Source of the DNA: a virus
IMG/VR virus record: IMGVR_UViG_3300027852_000038
Coordinates: 12,016 to 76,015 of that record
Length of the DNA: 64,000 nt
Strand: one strand, 5' to 3'
Both the position numbers and the translations under genes were made by a program. Below the pieces are notes generated by a model. The model was not told the origin of the DNA. It worked only from the letters and a program-made list of their open reading frames with translations, and did not search any database. Positions 39,297 through 48,806 of this stretch are shown here, piece by piece (the first letter of the stretch is position 1; each line of letters begins with the position of its first letter).

Positions 39297-41524
39297 TTAG
39301 TAAACCTTGATTTGCTTGAACTCACTTGTCCAATCATTAAAGATTTAATGGAATATAAAAACAAACTCCAATCGGTAGTGTTCTTTAAATACCCACTCAT
39401 TTTTAAATAATACTTAATCAAGTCAAATCTGAAACTATTAGAAACATCACCCGTGAACTCTTGTTCGGCCAAGTCCCGGATAAACTTGTCAAAGTCTTGC
39501 CGGATAATGTGAACCGGTTCTGAAAGTATCCGATCTATAACCAGTTTGGGAGATTTACCAGCCTTTAACAATTGAATAATGGCCCTTATGTCATTATCTA
39601 AAACACCCACGCACTTTGTAAATTCATCACCCATTAATACGAATAATTCTAACCCTTGAAGAGAATCTCTAAAATGACCCCCGGCCCTTCTCACTATAAT
39701 ATCCAAAGCCTCTTTTGGTAAATCAATACCCTCTCTTTCAGAAACAGCTTTTACAAGGGAACAAACCTCTTCATTGGTGCCAAACGGATATCTAAGAACT
39801 AAGGATCTTGAAACTATTGTATCAATCAGTCCCCCGATATCTGTTGTTGAAAATATATAAAAAATCTTTGCAGTTGAATCTTCCAAGATCTTAAGCAGTG
39901 CTGACTGTGCCTGATTACTCACTAAATGGCTTTCATCAAGGACCGCCACCCGCCAGCCTGCCAAAGACGAATGAGCTAAAATATCCCTCATTTGCCTGAT
40001 TGTATTTACATTCCCCACAACAGCAGAATCAAATTCATGATACTGAGCCCCGCCTTCCAAAGAAGCCTTACACCCGGCACACTCATTGCAGCAATCACCA
40101 TTTCTTTTTTCACAGTTGACAGCCCGGGCAAATATCCTCGCAGCAGTTGTGTTATGCACCAAAATAGAATTAGCCACAAACATATGCGATTTACTGTTAG
40201 TTAAATCGTAAACTTCACCCCTTCCCTTTTCTATTCCTTTAACTTTAGCAAAAAATAGAGAATTTGGCAAGTCCGGGAACCTACCCCTCAATTCAGGAAT
40301 CAAATTCTCCAGTTTTATTTTGACCTCTTTAAAAGATCCATAGCTTATTTCTGGTTTTTCAAGGAAATAACGATTAATTTCTATAAGTGCCTTCCGCATC
40401 CGTCTGGTTAACTTTACCCCGGCCAATAATTTTTTAATGAACAAGACACCCCCGGGAATTACATTATCATACCTTATACCACCAACAGTCAAAATATATC
40501 GTTTACTTTGGGTGTTACCTTCTCGCATTTTACATACAATCCCTTGACTGTTGTGCATGTGAAAGACAAACAAAGCAAGATCTTCAAAATTAGTTCCATA
40601 TTCCATACGTCCTAAAGGGCTGTTTTGAGTCATCTTAAGCAGGCCCCTGATAAAAGCGCACTGATTAGACCAAGTTGTATTCCAAATAATATCAGGAACC
40701 TTCTTGCCCTCCACCCGTCTATTAAAAACTCCTAAGTATTTCAACCAGCTGTTAAAAGCTACATCATTCGGAACAATGTCAATATTATAAAAGCCCTCAT
40801 GGTTGCTGTCTGCTGATCTTTTCGAGGATACCTTTAATTCCATGTCAAGGTAATCTTGTATCCAATCCAAAAGGTCCAGGTCTGAAGAATGAAACGGAGA
40901 TAGTCCATATTGCAATCCGTCCCCTATCAACAGACCAAGGAAAAAGGCCTGGGAATTATCCAAAGCTTGTCGAGCCTTGGCTTCTAAACACTTCTTTTTA
41001 GTCTCAATTGGATCCTTTGACGGGACCCACACCGTGCTCCCCAATAGATTCCATGGAACTGGCGAAATGTCCTGTATTACAGTGTCCCCTCTCTTTAGAA
41101 GGCTTAACTCTTTGAATGTCAGGTCGAATTTGTCTTTATCCCAACTAAGAACAGGATGCTCCAAGGTTCCCCCTAACTTGTTCCCTTCTTCAGTCTCAAA
41201 AAAGATTAAATCCCGCTCTCCACCATAGAAAAAAGCGGACACCTCTTCAAGTTTTCCGTGAACCAATACTTTTTCCTTGGCCTTATAAAAAGCTTGTTCA
41301 ATTAACGGTCCCCCGGGTGATAGATCCTCAATCCTTCTAAGACCTTTTTCACTCTTAATCAGTGAACCTTTAACCACACACTTTCCTTGACCATGAGGAC
41401 CACACAATATAATTGATCGTGGTGCCCGTTCTGGGTTCTTAGCTATCCGATTTAAAACAGAAACAGCGGGAATATTACCCGCCATTTCTGAAAAAGTTTG
41501 GGGCCTGTAATCTCTTGTTAACAT
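39293..41524 (-). CDS. dnaX: DNA polymerase III gamma/tau-like clamp loader, intein-containing
   Basis: YRPQTFSEMAGN, GPHGQGK|TTAARIFARAVNC, CCNECAGC Zn motif, LDESH, ALLKILE, SRS. Confidence 0.93.
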   Translation of the reverse strand: MLTRDYRPQTFSEMAGNIPAVSVLNRIAKNPERAPRSIILCGPHGQGKCVVKGSLIKSEKGLRRIEDLSPGGPLIEQAFYKAKEKVLVHGKLEEVSAFFYGGERDLIFFETEEGNKLGGTLEHPVLSWDKDKFDLTFKELSLLKRGDTVIQDISPVPWNLLGSTVWVPSKDPIETKKKCLEAKARQALDNSQAFFLGLLIGDGLQYGLSPFHSSDLDLLDWIQDYLDMELKVSSKRSADSNHEGFYNIDIVPNDVAFNSWLKYLGVFNRRVEGKKVPDIIWNTTWSNQCAFIRGLLKMTQNSPLGRMEYGTNFEDLALFVFHMHNSQGIVCKMREGNTQSKRYILTVGGIRYDNVIPGGVLFIKKLLAGVKLTRRMRKALIEINRYFLEKPEISYGSFKEVKIKLENLIPELRGRFPDLPNSLFFAKVKGIEKGRGEVYDLTNSKSHMFVANSILVHNTTAARIFARAVNCEKRNGDCCNECAGCKASLEGGAQYHEFDSAVVGNVNTIRQMRDILAHSSLAGWRVAVLDESHLVSNQAQSALLKILEDSTAKIFYIFSTTDIGGLIDTIVSRSLVLRYPFGTNEEVCSLVKAVSEREGIDLPKEALDIIVRRAGGHFRDSLQGLELFVLMGDEFTKCVGVLDNDIRAIIQLLKAGKSPKLVIDRILSEPVHIIRQDFDKFIRDLAEQEFTGDVSNSFRFDLIKYYLKMSGYLKNTTDWSLFLYSIKSLMIGQVSSSKSRFTK
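40151..41380 (-). mobile_element. Intein in DnaX P-loop (410 aa) with LAGLIDADG domain
   Basis: CVVKGSLIKSEKG ... GTLEHPV ... FLGLLIGDG ... VYDLT ... LVHN|T. Confidence 0.95.
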
Positions 41525-41542
41525 CCTACCTCCTCAACCTAA

Positions 41543-42586
41543 TTAAGATGTCAATGCCATAACCTTATTCGCAACAATAGATACGGGGGTTTCTAACATA
41601 CTTCCCCCGCTTTCAATGAATTTTTGGTTATAGTGGTTAAAAACCAAGGCTTCTGCGTTCTTTGTCGCTGAAATTGACCCGTTGATTCTGTGCGACATGT
41701 AGGTAATAATATTAACCGCATCTTCCATGCAATCAACTTTATCCGGAACCACTTCGACAGACACGTCAAGATCTTTACCGCCCTCTATTATGTCAAGGTG
41801 CTGTCTTGCTTTGCCTAGAATAGTTTTAGACATGCCAGCTCGTTGCAAGTCGTCACAATCATCTCTTGCCATGTCCACCCCGGAATAAACCTCTTCATGC
41901 ATGAATTGCTTTAACGCTTTATAATCACCGGCCAATCCTTCCAGGACATCAGGAACCGCACTCATAACCCCTTTAACTACTGTAGGGGCCACTTTCTTAA
42001 GATTCATGTTAAAAACATTATCAGTAACACGGTTGATCAACCCATTTGTGCAAACAACCCGCCATAAACCGGATTCCATTTGCGCTCTACCATAATAAAA
42101 AATAGGAATATCAACGAAAACACAAGGCTGAAAAGATTTTTTGTCTGAAGGATCCACAGATTTGAAATATCTCACCATACCTGTTTGATGAGAAACATTA
42201 GACACTTCCCAACCATTGGCCGGATTAAACTCCATTACCTCGGCGGGATCATTCCACCCCCAATTCAAAGCAGGTGCCAGAACGTTTATTCTTTCGTCAT
42301 TCATCAGACCGTAAAACTTATCACCCAATTCAGTGATAACACTCCTCTGAGAAGCAAACACATTTTGACTGACGGCATCAGGTAGCTTATTCTGAAAAGA
42401 CGCCGGAATATTTGCTAACTTGCACAAATGACCGAACCCCTCATTTGACAATAACAAACTTCTCTCGTCTGAATCCTGTTGGGTAAGCTCGATAATTTCA
42501 CCAATTCCTAACTCGTAAACATCACCGCCAAACGCACTTCCTAACTTTTCCATGCTGTTTCCTTTCTTGTAATTGATTAAAACCAC
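41543..42586 (-). CDS. DUF932/DUF945-like protein
   Basis: SGLWRVVCTNGLI signature. Confidence 0.65.
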   Translation of the reverse strand: MVLINYKKGNSMEKLGSAFGGDVYELGIGEIIELTQQDSDERSLLLSNEGFGHLCKLANIPASFQNKLPDAVSQNVFASQRSVITELGDKFYGLMNDERINVLAPALNWGWNDPAEVMEFNPANGWEVSNVSHQTGMVRYFKSVDPSDKKSFQPCVFVDIPIFYYGRAQMESGLWRVVCTNGLINRVTDNVFNMNLKKVAPTVVKGVMSAVPDVLEGLAGDYKALKQFMHEEVYSGVDMARDDCDDLQRAGMSKTILGKARQHLDIIEGGKDLDVSVEVVPDKVDCMEDAVNIITYMSHRINGSISATKNAEALVFNHYNQKFIESGGSMLETPVSIVANKVMALTS

Positions 42587-42599
42587 ATTTACTTATATG

Positions 42600-43319
42600 T
42601 TATACGTTCAAAACCGATTTTAAGGGTTTCAAAAAAGAATAAACCAATTGATCTATGTTTTTTGTATTGTCAAGCAGTTCACCAAAATCATGTCCAGGGG
42701 GTCTGAGTCTAAAAACCGGTTTACCTAAACAATCTGGATTGGATCTCACAGTGTCAAACACTTTTTCTCCGGGACCATCTCTATCTGTAGCAATTATCAA
42801 GGCCTTTGCTATCTTAGCAAGTAAACCAATCCAACTTTTAGTTGGCATAACTGTCAACGCTGAAAGAACAAAAGGATAACCCTGTTTTAAAACAACCCCA
42901 TCTTTATAACCCTCTGTCAATATAATTGTCTCGCCTTCATAAAAATCAAATTCGGTCCAACCAAACAATGCAGGTGTTCCAGTAGGACAAACCCTGTAAA
43001 AATCTTTTGACTTATAACCTCGCAACAAGAATTCAATTACTTGTCCGTCAATGAGTTCAATTGGAATGATCCAAAACAGTGGGTTCTTCTGATAGAATGG
43101 ATAAAGATTGTCATCTTGTGGAAGCAAGTCAAGATTCAATTTGACACTGGCCAGGGCCAATTCCTTAGATTTACTCAAGGCACTTGCCCGTTGATAAGGA
43201 TTCAAAGAGGGTTTTAAATCAGACGCCTTATAAGCTCCCCTGTATAAGATCTCCATCTCTTCCATTAAATCCATTATTAACCCCTCACAGTGAATAAACC
43301 TGCCAAGCAAGCCGGACAA
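42600..43319 (-). CDS. TOPRIM-domain DNA primase (DnaG-like, no Zn finger seen)
   Basis: IILTEGYKD, IATDRDGPG, HDFGE; IPIxLIDGQVIEFLLR. Confidence 0.85.
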   Translation of the reverse strand: MSGLLGRFIHCEGLIMDLMEEMEILYRGAYKASDLKPSLNPYQRASALSKSKELALASVKLNLDLLPQDDNLYPFYQKNPLFWIIPIELIDGQVIEFLLRGYKSKDFYRVCPTGTPALFGWTEFDFYEGETIILTEGYKDGVVLKQGYPFVLSALTVMPTKSWIGLLAKIAKALIIATDRDGPGEKVFDTVRSNPDCLGKPVFRLRPPGHDFGELLDNTKNIDQLVYSFLKPLKSVLNV

Positions 43320-46300
43320 AAATCAGCCTTTTTGTCAGCAGGTATCATTTTACCAGTAGAATTTTGACACCCTGGTGTTTTGCATTTCCCTTCTCCAATA
43401 TACACCCCTATCTTACGTTCAAGAGAAAAAGAAAGATACATTCTTTTGTAAGTTGTCTTAAACCAGCCTGCTAAACAAGCCCATGGATTATAATCATAAG
43501 GCAAAGCAAAACAGCCTTGACTCCCTGTAGGTGAAGAACAAACTGAAAAGCCCAACACCTCCTCAACAAGCGGTTTTTCCTTATACCCCCCCTTCCCACA
43601 CCAATCAGGGAAAAAAGCATAACCACGATCTAACCTACCTAGCACTTTATTTCGTATATCAAAGGCTGAAAGACTTGAACTAAACTTCCAGATTAACCAC
43701 AGATCCTTATAAGCTTTTGGAACAAAAGGGAATAACTCAACTTTTAAAACCTTTGCCCCTGTTAAATCACCATTCATTTTTTCAATTACTGGAGCAAAGT
43801 CTACGGGCTCCAAAGTTTTTAATAACGACATGTCAAAAGATCCAAACCCACTCCATCTATCGGGGGACCTACGGACAGTAAGTCTTTGTTCAATGTCTCT
43901 ACCCATGCCATAATAATTGCCCGCAACTTCTGGACAATAGTTGTTAAGTAAACCTCCGATCCGGTGTGAAAGAATCCTTTTTAACCTGAAACTTGCAACG
44001 GGGTCACTACTTATCATGTAACTAACACGAACACTTGAAATGGGCCTTGCTTTAAACTTTGCCGTGGGTACTTCATCAGGGGAAGCGTCAACTCTGAGTT
44101 CCCTGTTTATCATTTTTGTTTTTTTGAACTCTTTATCTATGCAATTTCCGCAACCATAACACTTAGGATTAAGATTTGAATCAGTCCGTAAACAATACTC
44201 AGTCTTTTTTTTACCGACAGATTCAACCAGGGCACGAAGTTTAAACTCTTTCATGGCTGAAAACATAGAGCTGAAATTCAAATCTTCAAAAGATCTTTCT
44301 TCGGAACAGTAGTCTCTTATCTGCTGATCTTCTATTATACCCACAGACCCCATACATTTCCTGATAAGCTGCCTTCCTTTATCCCCTGTTACGCTTATTG
44401 GTTTACCCTCATTATCAGTTCTTCTCACATAGTCTAAAAGAATTGATGAAAGCAGCCTGCCAAAATCAAGTATTGTCTGTTGAAATGCAAACCCGGTGCC
44501 CCCGTTAAACTTGATATTCGCTCGCTTAAAACCATGAACACTTTCAATTAACTTGTTCATTCTGGGTGAGGGAAAAAGCTGTTTTTCCATTGACTTTCGA
44601 GGAAGCCAAGCAACCGGCGTCATTTGATATTGAATTAATGCAGTGCAAGAAATCAATACAAAAGTTTTGACTCCGTATTTATCCCTCATTGCCATTATTT
44701 CTTCTAACAAATCAATAAACTCCTGAACGTCCTCTTCCTCTTCAAACCCACTAGAAACAATGTTCATTTTCAGGTTTCCGAGTCTCTGTTCAAAAACATT
44801 TTGACAACACCTCAAAATCTGATCCTTCGATAAATTTTTATTCAAGTAGTCATTTCTGATTCGCTCAGAGATACCTTCGAGGGCAATGGATACCTTGTTA
44901 AACCCCGCTAATTTACTGAACTTGAGATAATCTTTATTATCAGCTAAAGTGTCAGCCCGCATTGTAAAAATACCAGCACTGGGAGCCTTGGCGATTGTTT
45001 GTGTGTAAAGCCTGACCATTTGAGAATGAAAATTGGAGTTATAAGAGAAATAAGAAATCATATTGCATGCGGTAACTTTGTTGACATCATCAATACAGGC
45101 CACCACATGACTATAGTCTTTTTCACGCCATGGCCCCGCCACTAACCCTTCATGACACTGGTGAGTAATCACGGAATCAAAAGCACACCAATGAGACATT
45201 CGAGTGGTCAAGTCCCACATCTCTTCCTTTTGGCCGGTATACTTGATGCTTTCCACTCTGGACACAACCACTTCACACCTTAAAAATTTCTTTTGTAAAC
45301 TATTAAGCTCACATCCCTCTAATTCTGCCAACAAAAATTTAACCCTTGTTGCATACTTCCTGCCAGCATACAAATCACCCAAGCCATACTTTTGAGCTTC
45401 TTCTCTATTTGGATAAGTTGCCCTGACTTCATCTACTAAATCACCAACTGGGAAAAGTTCTGTTGAAATATCCAGGAATTGATGTCCTGCAAATTGCTTT
45501 GTGTTATTACCTATCAAATCAACAAAGTCATTTTTTGATCTGACCCCTTTAATGCAAAGGCTAACAGTTGCCCGCCTTTTGTTTACCCCTATTCCCTCAC
45601 ATTTATCAATATACCGCCGCACCTTCTTTTTATTCTTGATTGAATCAATGCCGAGTAACCACAACAATTGTTGGACCTGGGAAACCATTTCAGATGACAC
45701 CGTAGTAAGGCATGGAGTCTTACCAATCATCCAACCTTCAGCTTGAAATATACCTGCCAGGTAAGGTGCAATTATATCAAGAGGTGAGTGAAAAATCATT
45801 TCCGGAATAGTGGCAAATTCTCTTTTTTCCTTAATATTCAATACATCAATCAAGGTAGCATTGAAAGGATCAGACAAACATGTTGAATCTAGAATTAAAC
45901 CACCCACCCCAACTTCAGCAGCATCCCTGCCAAAAACTTCATTTAGAGCCATACAAAGCTTAGTCCGATCATCAGATTCACAAGCACAAGACAAGAGGTC
46001 AATATTTTCATAATAGTAGCCACCCCCTTTGAGATACCCAAAGGCATAAGCAAACTTTTTGTCGAACCAATACCCACCAGGCAACTTTTGATATGGTGGA
46101 TTATGAACTTCAGACCCCAGTCTGATCAGAACCCGATCACCCACATGTAAATTGGTGGTAGTTGTCTCCTCTAATTGACAAGATTCAGGATTTAAAATCA
46201 TAAACTTATGATGCTTATCAACTGGTAGAATGTTACCCCGATCAAACCCGACTTTGATTAACTCCCTCTCTCCCTGACAAAAAACCTTTTCGATCAAATC

Positions 46301-47293
46301 CGTATGAACCGCATCTGTTGGAACAGACTTTGCCTCAGATAAATCTTCTATTTTTAACAAGCCATCGGGAGTTCTTACCCGGGTTCCCTTGGCCACGGCA
46401 AAATAGCAACTCCCATACCCGGAACAGCCATGGGAAATCAATAATTGACCTAGTCCAGCTAACTCATTTCGTCTTAATAAAACGGGATCCTGGAAAATAG
46501 GCCCTTTAGTGTCAAAGTCTCTGTGGAAATTTACCTTTTTGGGGACCCAATCAAACTTCGGTTCTATCGACTTAATCTTATGACCTCCAGGTTCAATATC
46601 AAAATCATAGCCATCAGGATAATAAAGGCTGTCATATTTTTCAACAAATTGCCTCAAAACAGCCATTTTATTGGCTTTAATACCGCCCTTGGTTTCCACA
46701 TTGAATTTAATAAAGTCTTGTATTATCAGAGGTAAACGGCCCTCACCTTCGCCATAATAACACAAGTCAAGTATTGACCCTCCAGGCAATCCATTTAAAA
46801 TATCTATTTGATCAATAACATTACCTCCACCAAACACAAATGGAGAACTGGGATCTTCTACCCGCTCTTTATGAGTCATAGGAACAGCACCGTTTGACCC
46901 AAGCATCATTAAAAACGCCCTGATTGTTTCTTCATGAACGGAAAAAGAAAAAGAAACAATATCAAACTCATCTAATGACTTATAAGAACACCACCCAAAA
47001 GAAGAGGGCAATTTTTCTTTTTTCATTTCTTTTATGTCTTGAGGGTCTAAGACACACATGAAATCAATGTAAACAGGCTGTTCGGCTGTCTGGCCTTCCC
47101 TGATTAACATCTTCAGTTGTGTTATGGTTGATGCTTTGCCCCTATCCTTAAAGCCACTGAGAAAAACCAAACAAATCTTTAACTTAGCATCTTCCCACTT
47201 AGGATTCCCCATGTTAAGATCAAACTCACCGACACCCGGAGCGAAGTCCACTCTAGGCAATACCTTGACAATACCTTCTTTCAAGTCCATCAC
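43277..47293 (-). CDS. TIGR03960-like radical SAM protein with DUF2344-like C-terminus, intein-containing
   Basis: FDIVSFS, GGGN, GEGE, HGCSGYGSCYF|C, ALEGISERIRNDYLNK, CYGCGNC; about 924 aa after splicing. Confidence 0.8.
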   Translation of the reverse strand: MMDLKEGIVKVLPRVDFAPGVGEFDLNMGNPKWEDAKLKICLVFLSGFKDRGKASTITQLKMLIREGQTAEQPVYIDFMCVLDPQDIKEMKKEKLPSSFGWCSYKSLDEFDIVSFSFSVHEETIRAFLMMLGSNGAVPMTHKERVEDPSSPFVFGGGNVIDQIDILNGLPGGSILDLCYYGEGEGRLPLIIQDFIKFNVETKGGIKANKMAVLRQFVEKYDSLYYPDGYDFDIEPGGHKIKSIEPKFDWVPKKVNFHRDFDTKGPIFQDPVLLRRNELAGLGQLLISHGCSGYGSCYFAVAKGTRVRTPDGLLKIEDLSEAKSVPTDAVHTDLIEKVFCQGERELIKVGFDRGNILPVDKHHKFMILNPESCQLEETTTTNLHVGDRVLIRLGSEVHNPPYQKLPGGYWFDKKFAYAFGYLKGGGYYYENIDLLSCACESDDRTKLCMALNEVFGRDAAEVGVGGLILDSTCLSDPFNATLIDVLNIKEKREFATIPEMIFHSPLDIIAPYLAGIFQAEGWMIGKTPCLTTVSSEMVSQVQQLLWLLGIDSIKNKKKVRRYIDKCEGIGVNKRRATVSLCIKGVRSKNDFVDLIGNNTKQFAGHQFLDISTELFPVGDLVDEVRATYPNREEAQKYGLGDLYAGRKYATRVKFLLAELEGCELNSLQKKFLRCEVVVSRVESIKYTGQKEEMWDLTTRMSHWCAFDSVITHQCHEGLVAGPWREKDYSHVVACIDDVNKVTACNMISYFSYNSNFHSQMVRLYTQTIAKAPSAGIFTMRADTLADNKDYLKFSKLAGFNKVSIALEGISERIRNDYLNKNLSKDQILRCCQNVFEQRLGNLKMNIVSSGFEEEEDVQEFIDLLEEIMAMRDKYGVKTFVLISCTALIQYQMTPVAWLPRKSMEKQLFPSPRMNKLIESVHGFKRANIKFNGGTGFAFQQTILDFGRLLSSILLDYVRRTDNEGKPISVTGDKGRQLIRKCMGSVGIIEDQQIRDYCSEERSFEDLNFSSMFSAMKEFKLRALVESVGKKKTEYCLRTDSNLNPKCYGCGNCIDKEFKKTKMINRELRVDASPDEVPTAKFKARPISSVRVSYMISSDPVASFRLKRILSHRIGGLLNNYCPEVAGNYYGMGRDIEQRLTVRRSPDRWSGFGSFDMSLLKTLEPVDFAPVIEKMNGDLTGAKVLKVELFPFVPKAYKDLWLIWKFSSSLSAFDIRNKVLGRLDRGYAFFPDWCGKGGYKEKPLVEEVLGFSVCSSPTGSQGCFALPYDYNPWACLAGWFKTTYKRMYLSFSLERKIGVYIGEGKCKTPGCQNSTGKMIPADKKADFCPACLAGLFTVRG
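45158..46399 (-). mobile_element. Atypical intein (Ala1, C-terminal Gln, Cys+1), 414 aa, LAGLIDADG-like domain
   Basis: AVAKGTRVRTPDG aligns to block A; MWDLT block F; ITHQ|C end; YLAGIFQAEG. Confidence 0.9.
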
Positions 47294-47305
47294 TTCTCCT
47301 CAATA

Positions 47306-47647
47306 TTAATTGGTTGTGGCATGGTCCAAACTTCTGTTGTAAACCCTCTCAATGAGCTTGCGGAACTCCCTCAATCTAGGGGGAGGATCTATGACAAGAG
47401 CAGCTTCATAATTACCGGTAGCCACGATTTGATCTACAATATTAATATACGCTTTTTCCCTATCGGTTAGAAGGCCCGTGGTAATTTTTTCTAACGTAGA
47501 TACCAGGGAATAAATCGAATAAATATCTTGAGCCGCCTCTTCAGTTAGAACGCCCTCTTCTTTTAAAATAGTAATTAAAACATTTAACGGAGTCTTCACA
47601 GTGTCCCCCTTAAGACATTGAACCGAAAACAACAGTAGTTGTGCCAT
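47306..47647 (-). CDS. hypothetical protein (113 aa)
   Basis: ORF only. Confidence 0.5.
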   Translation of the reverse strand: MAQLLLFSVQCLKGDTVKTPLNVLITILKEEGVLTEEAAQDIYSIYSLVSTLEKITTGLLTDREKAYINIVDQIVATGNYEAALVIDPPPRLREFRKLIERVYNRSLDHATTN

Positions 47648-48794
47648 CAGTTAAGGCAAAGGAACCAATACCGGTTTCTTCAAACTTTGTATATTTAAAA
47701 TCAATTGTCGGTATACTTGAAAACAAACCAATTGCCATACTAAAGACATTTGTTGGAGCAGCGGTGGAAAATTCTACATTTTCCATTACTCCAATAGGTA
47801 TATTGACAATTTTACCGGTGGAAGTCCTGGCAACAATTCTTACTTTATTGTCTTCGGCCTTAACGTTAATTAATCCGGTAACCCCAATCATTTGTTTAAT
47901 CATGGTAGCAATAGACCTAACCTGAATTGGAGAAATAACAAGACCTCCCACAAACTCTATTTTATTTAACATATCCGAAACGGCGCTTAAATCTGAACAA
48001 TCAAGCTTTACAAAAGAAACTTTGTAAAAGTCAGTTTCAAAATGCAAGTGTTCTTTGCCATTTATGAATTTAACTTGTGAAGCAGACTGGAATACCTGAG
48101 ATAAAACGGCCATATCACTTCCCCTGATAGACATGTCAGGGAAGGTCTTACCGGAGTCAATTTTACACAAGCACGACAGGAAGTTAAAATAAGCCACGCC
48201 ATTTTCAACCAGCATCCGGCGATCCTCTATTTTTGTTGACAAGGCGCATATTGCAGCACACCTGGAGGAGAAATCAACGGCCGGTAGGGTGTCAATTTCA
48301 ATAGACTCACCGTCTGGTTCAACAAGAAACATCCCTGGATCCAAATTGAAATTCTCCAGTTCAACCTCTCCACCTAAAACCGCCGTAACTAAATAGCCAT
48401 CACGATCTTGAAGGACGACATGGCCGGGTGAATTACGAATAATAGACAGCAGGAATTTAAACTGCACAATGTATGAAGTTTTCAACATGTTGGTGGTGTT
48501 TTCTGCAATCACATAAGTTGACAGGAATGTTCCCCCGTTATTTGCATATAAATAGATCCTGTTGCCTTTGGGCTGAATCAACATAGACCTGGAATATACC
48601 TCACTAGAATCTTCTATCACCTTTGAAAACGGCTTTAAGGCCACGAGGAAATCTGCCGACTTGATGGCTGCATGAGGTGTTTTAGTATCGTCAAAATTAC
48701 CTACACCCACCTGTCCAGTTGCAAGCTTTTCTATTTCTTCTGGTGTTATTTCCAAATCGTCCATAGTTTCAATTTTATCTTTGTCTTGGTCCAT
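47610..48794 (-). CDS. Beta sliding clamp-like protein (DnaN-like)
   Basis: Length about 390 aa; repeating helix/strand pattern (IYLYANNG, YIVQFKFLLSIIRNS) typical of beta clamps; near DnaX. Confidence 0.65.
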   Translation of the reverse strand: MDQDKDKIETMDDLEITPEEIEKLATGQVGVGNFDDTKTPHAAIKSADFLVALKPFSKVIEDSSEVYSRSMLIQPKGNRIYLYANNGGTFLSTYVIAENTTNMLKTSYIVQFKFLLSIIRNSPGHVVLQDRDGYLVTAVLGGEVELENFNLDPGMFLVEPDGESIEIDTLPAVDFSSRCAAICALSTKIEDRRMLVENGVAYFNFLSCLCKIDSGKTFPDMSIRGSDMAVLSQVFQSASQVKFINGKEHLHFETDFYKVSFVKLDCSDLSAVSDMLNKIEFVGGLVISPIQVRSIATMIKQMIGVTGLINVKAEDNKVRIVARTSTGKIVNIPIGVMENVEFSTAAPTNVFSMAIGLFSSIPTIDFKYTKFEETGIGSFALTDGTTTVVFGSMS

Positions 48795-48806
48795 CGGTTC
48801 CCCTTT

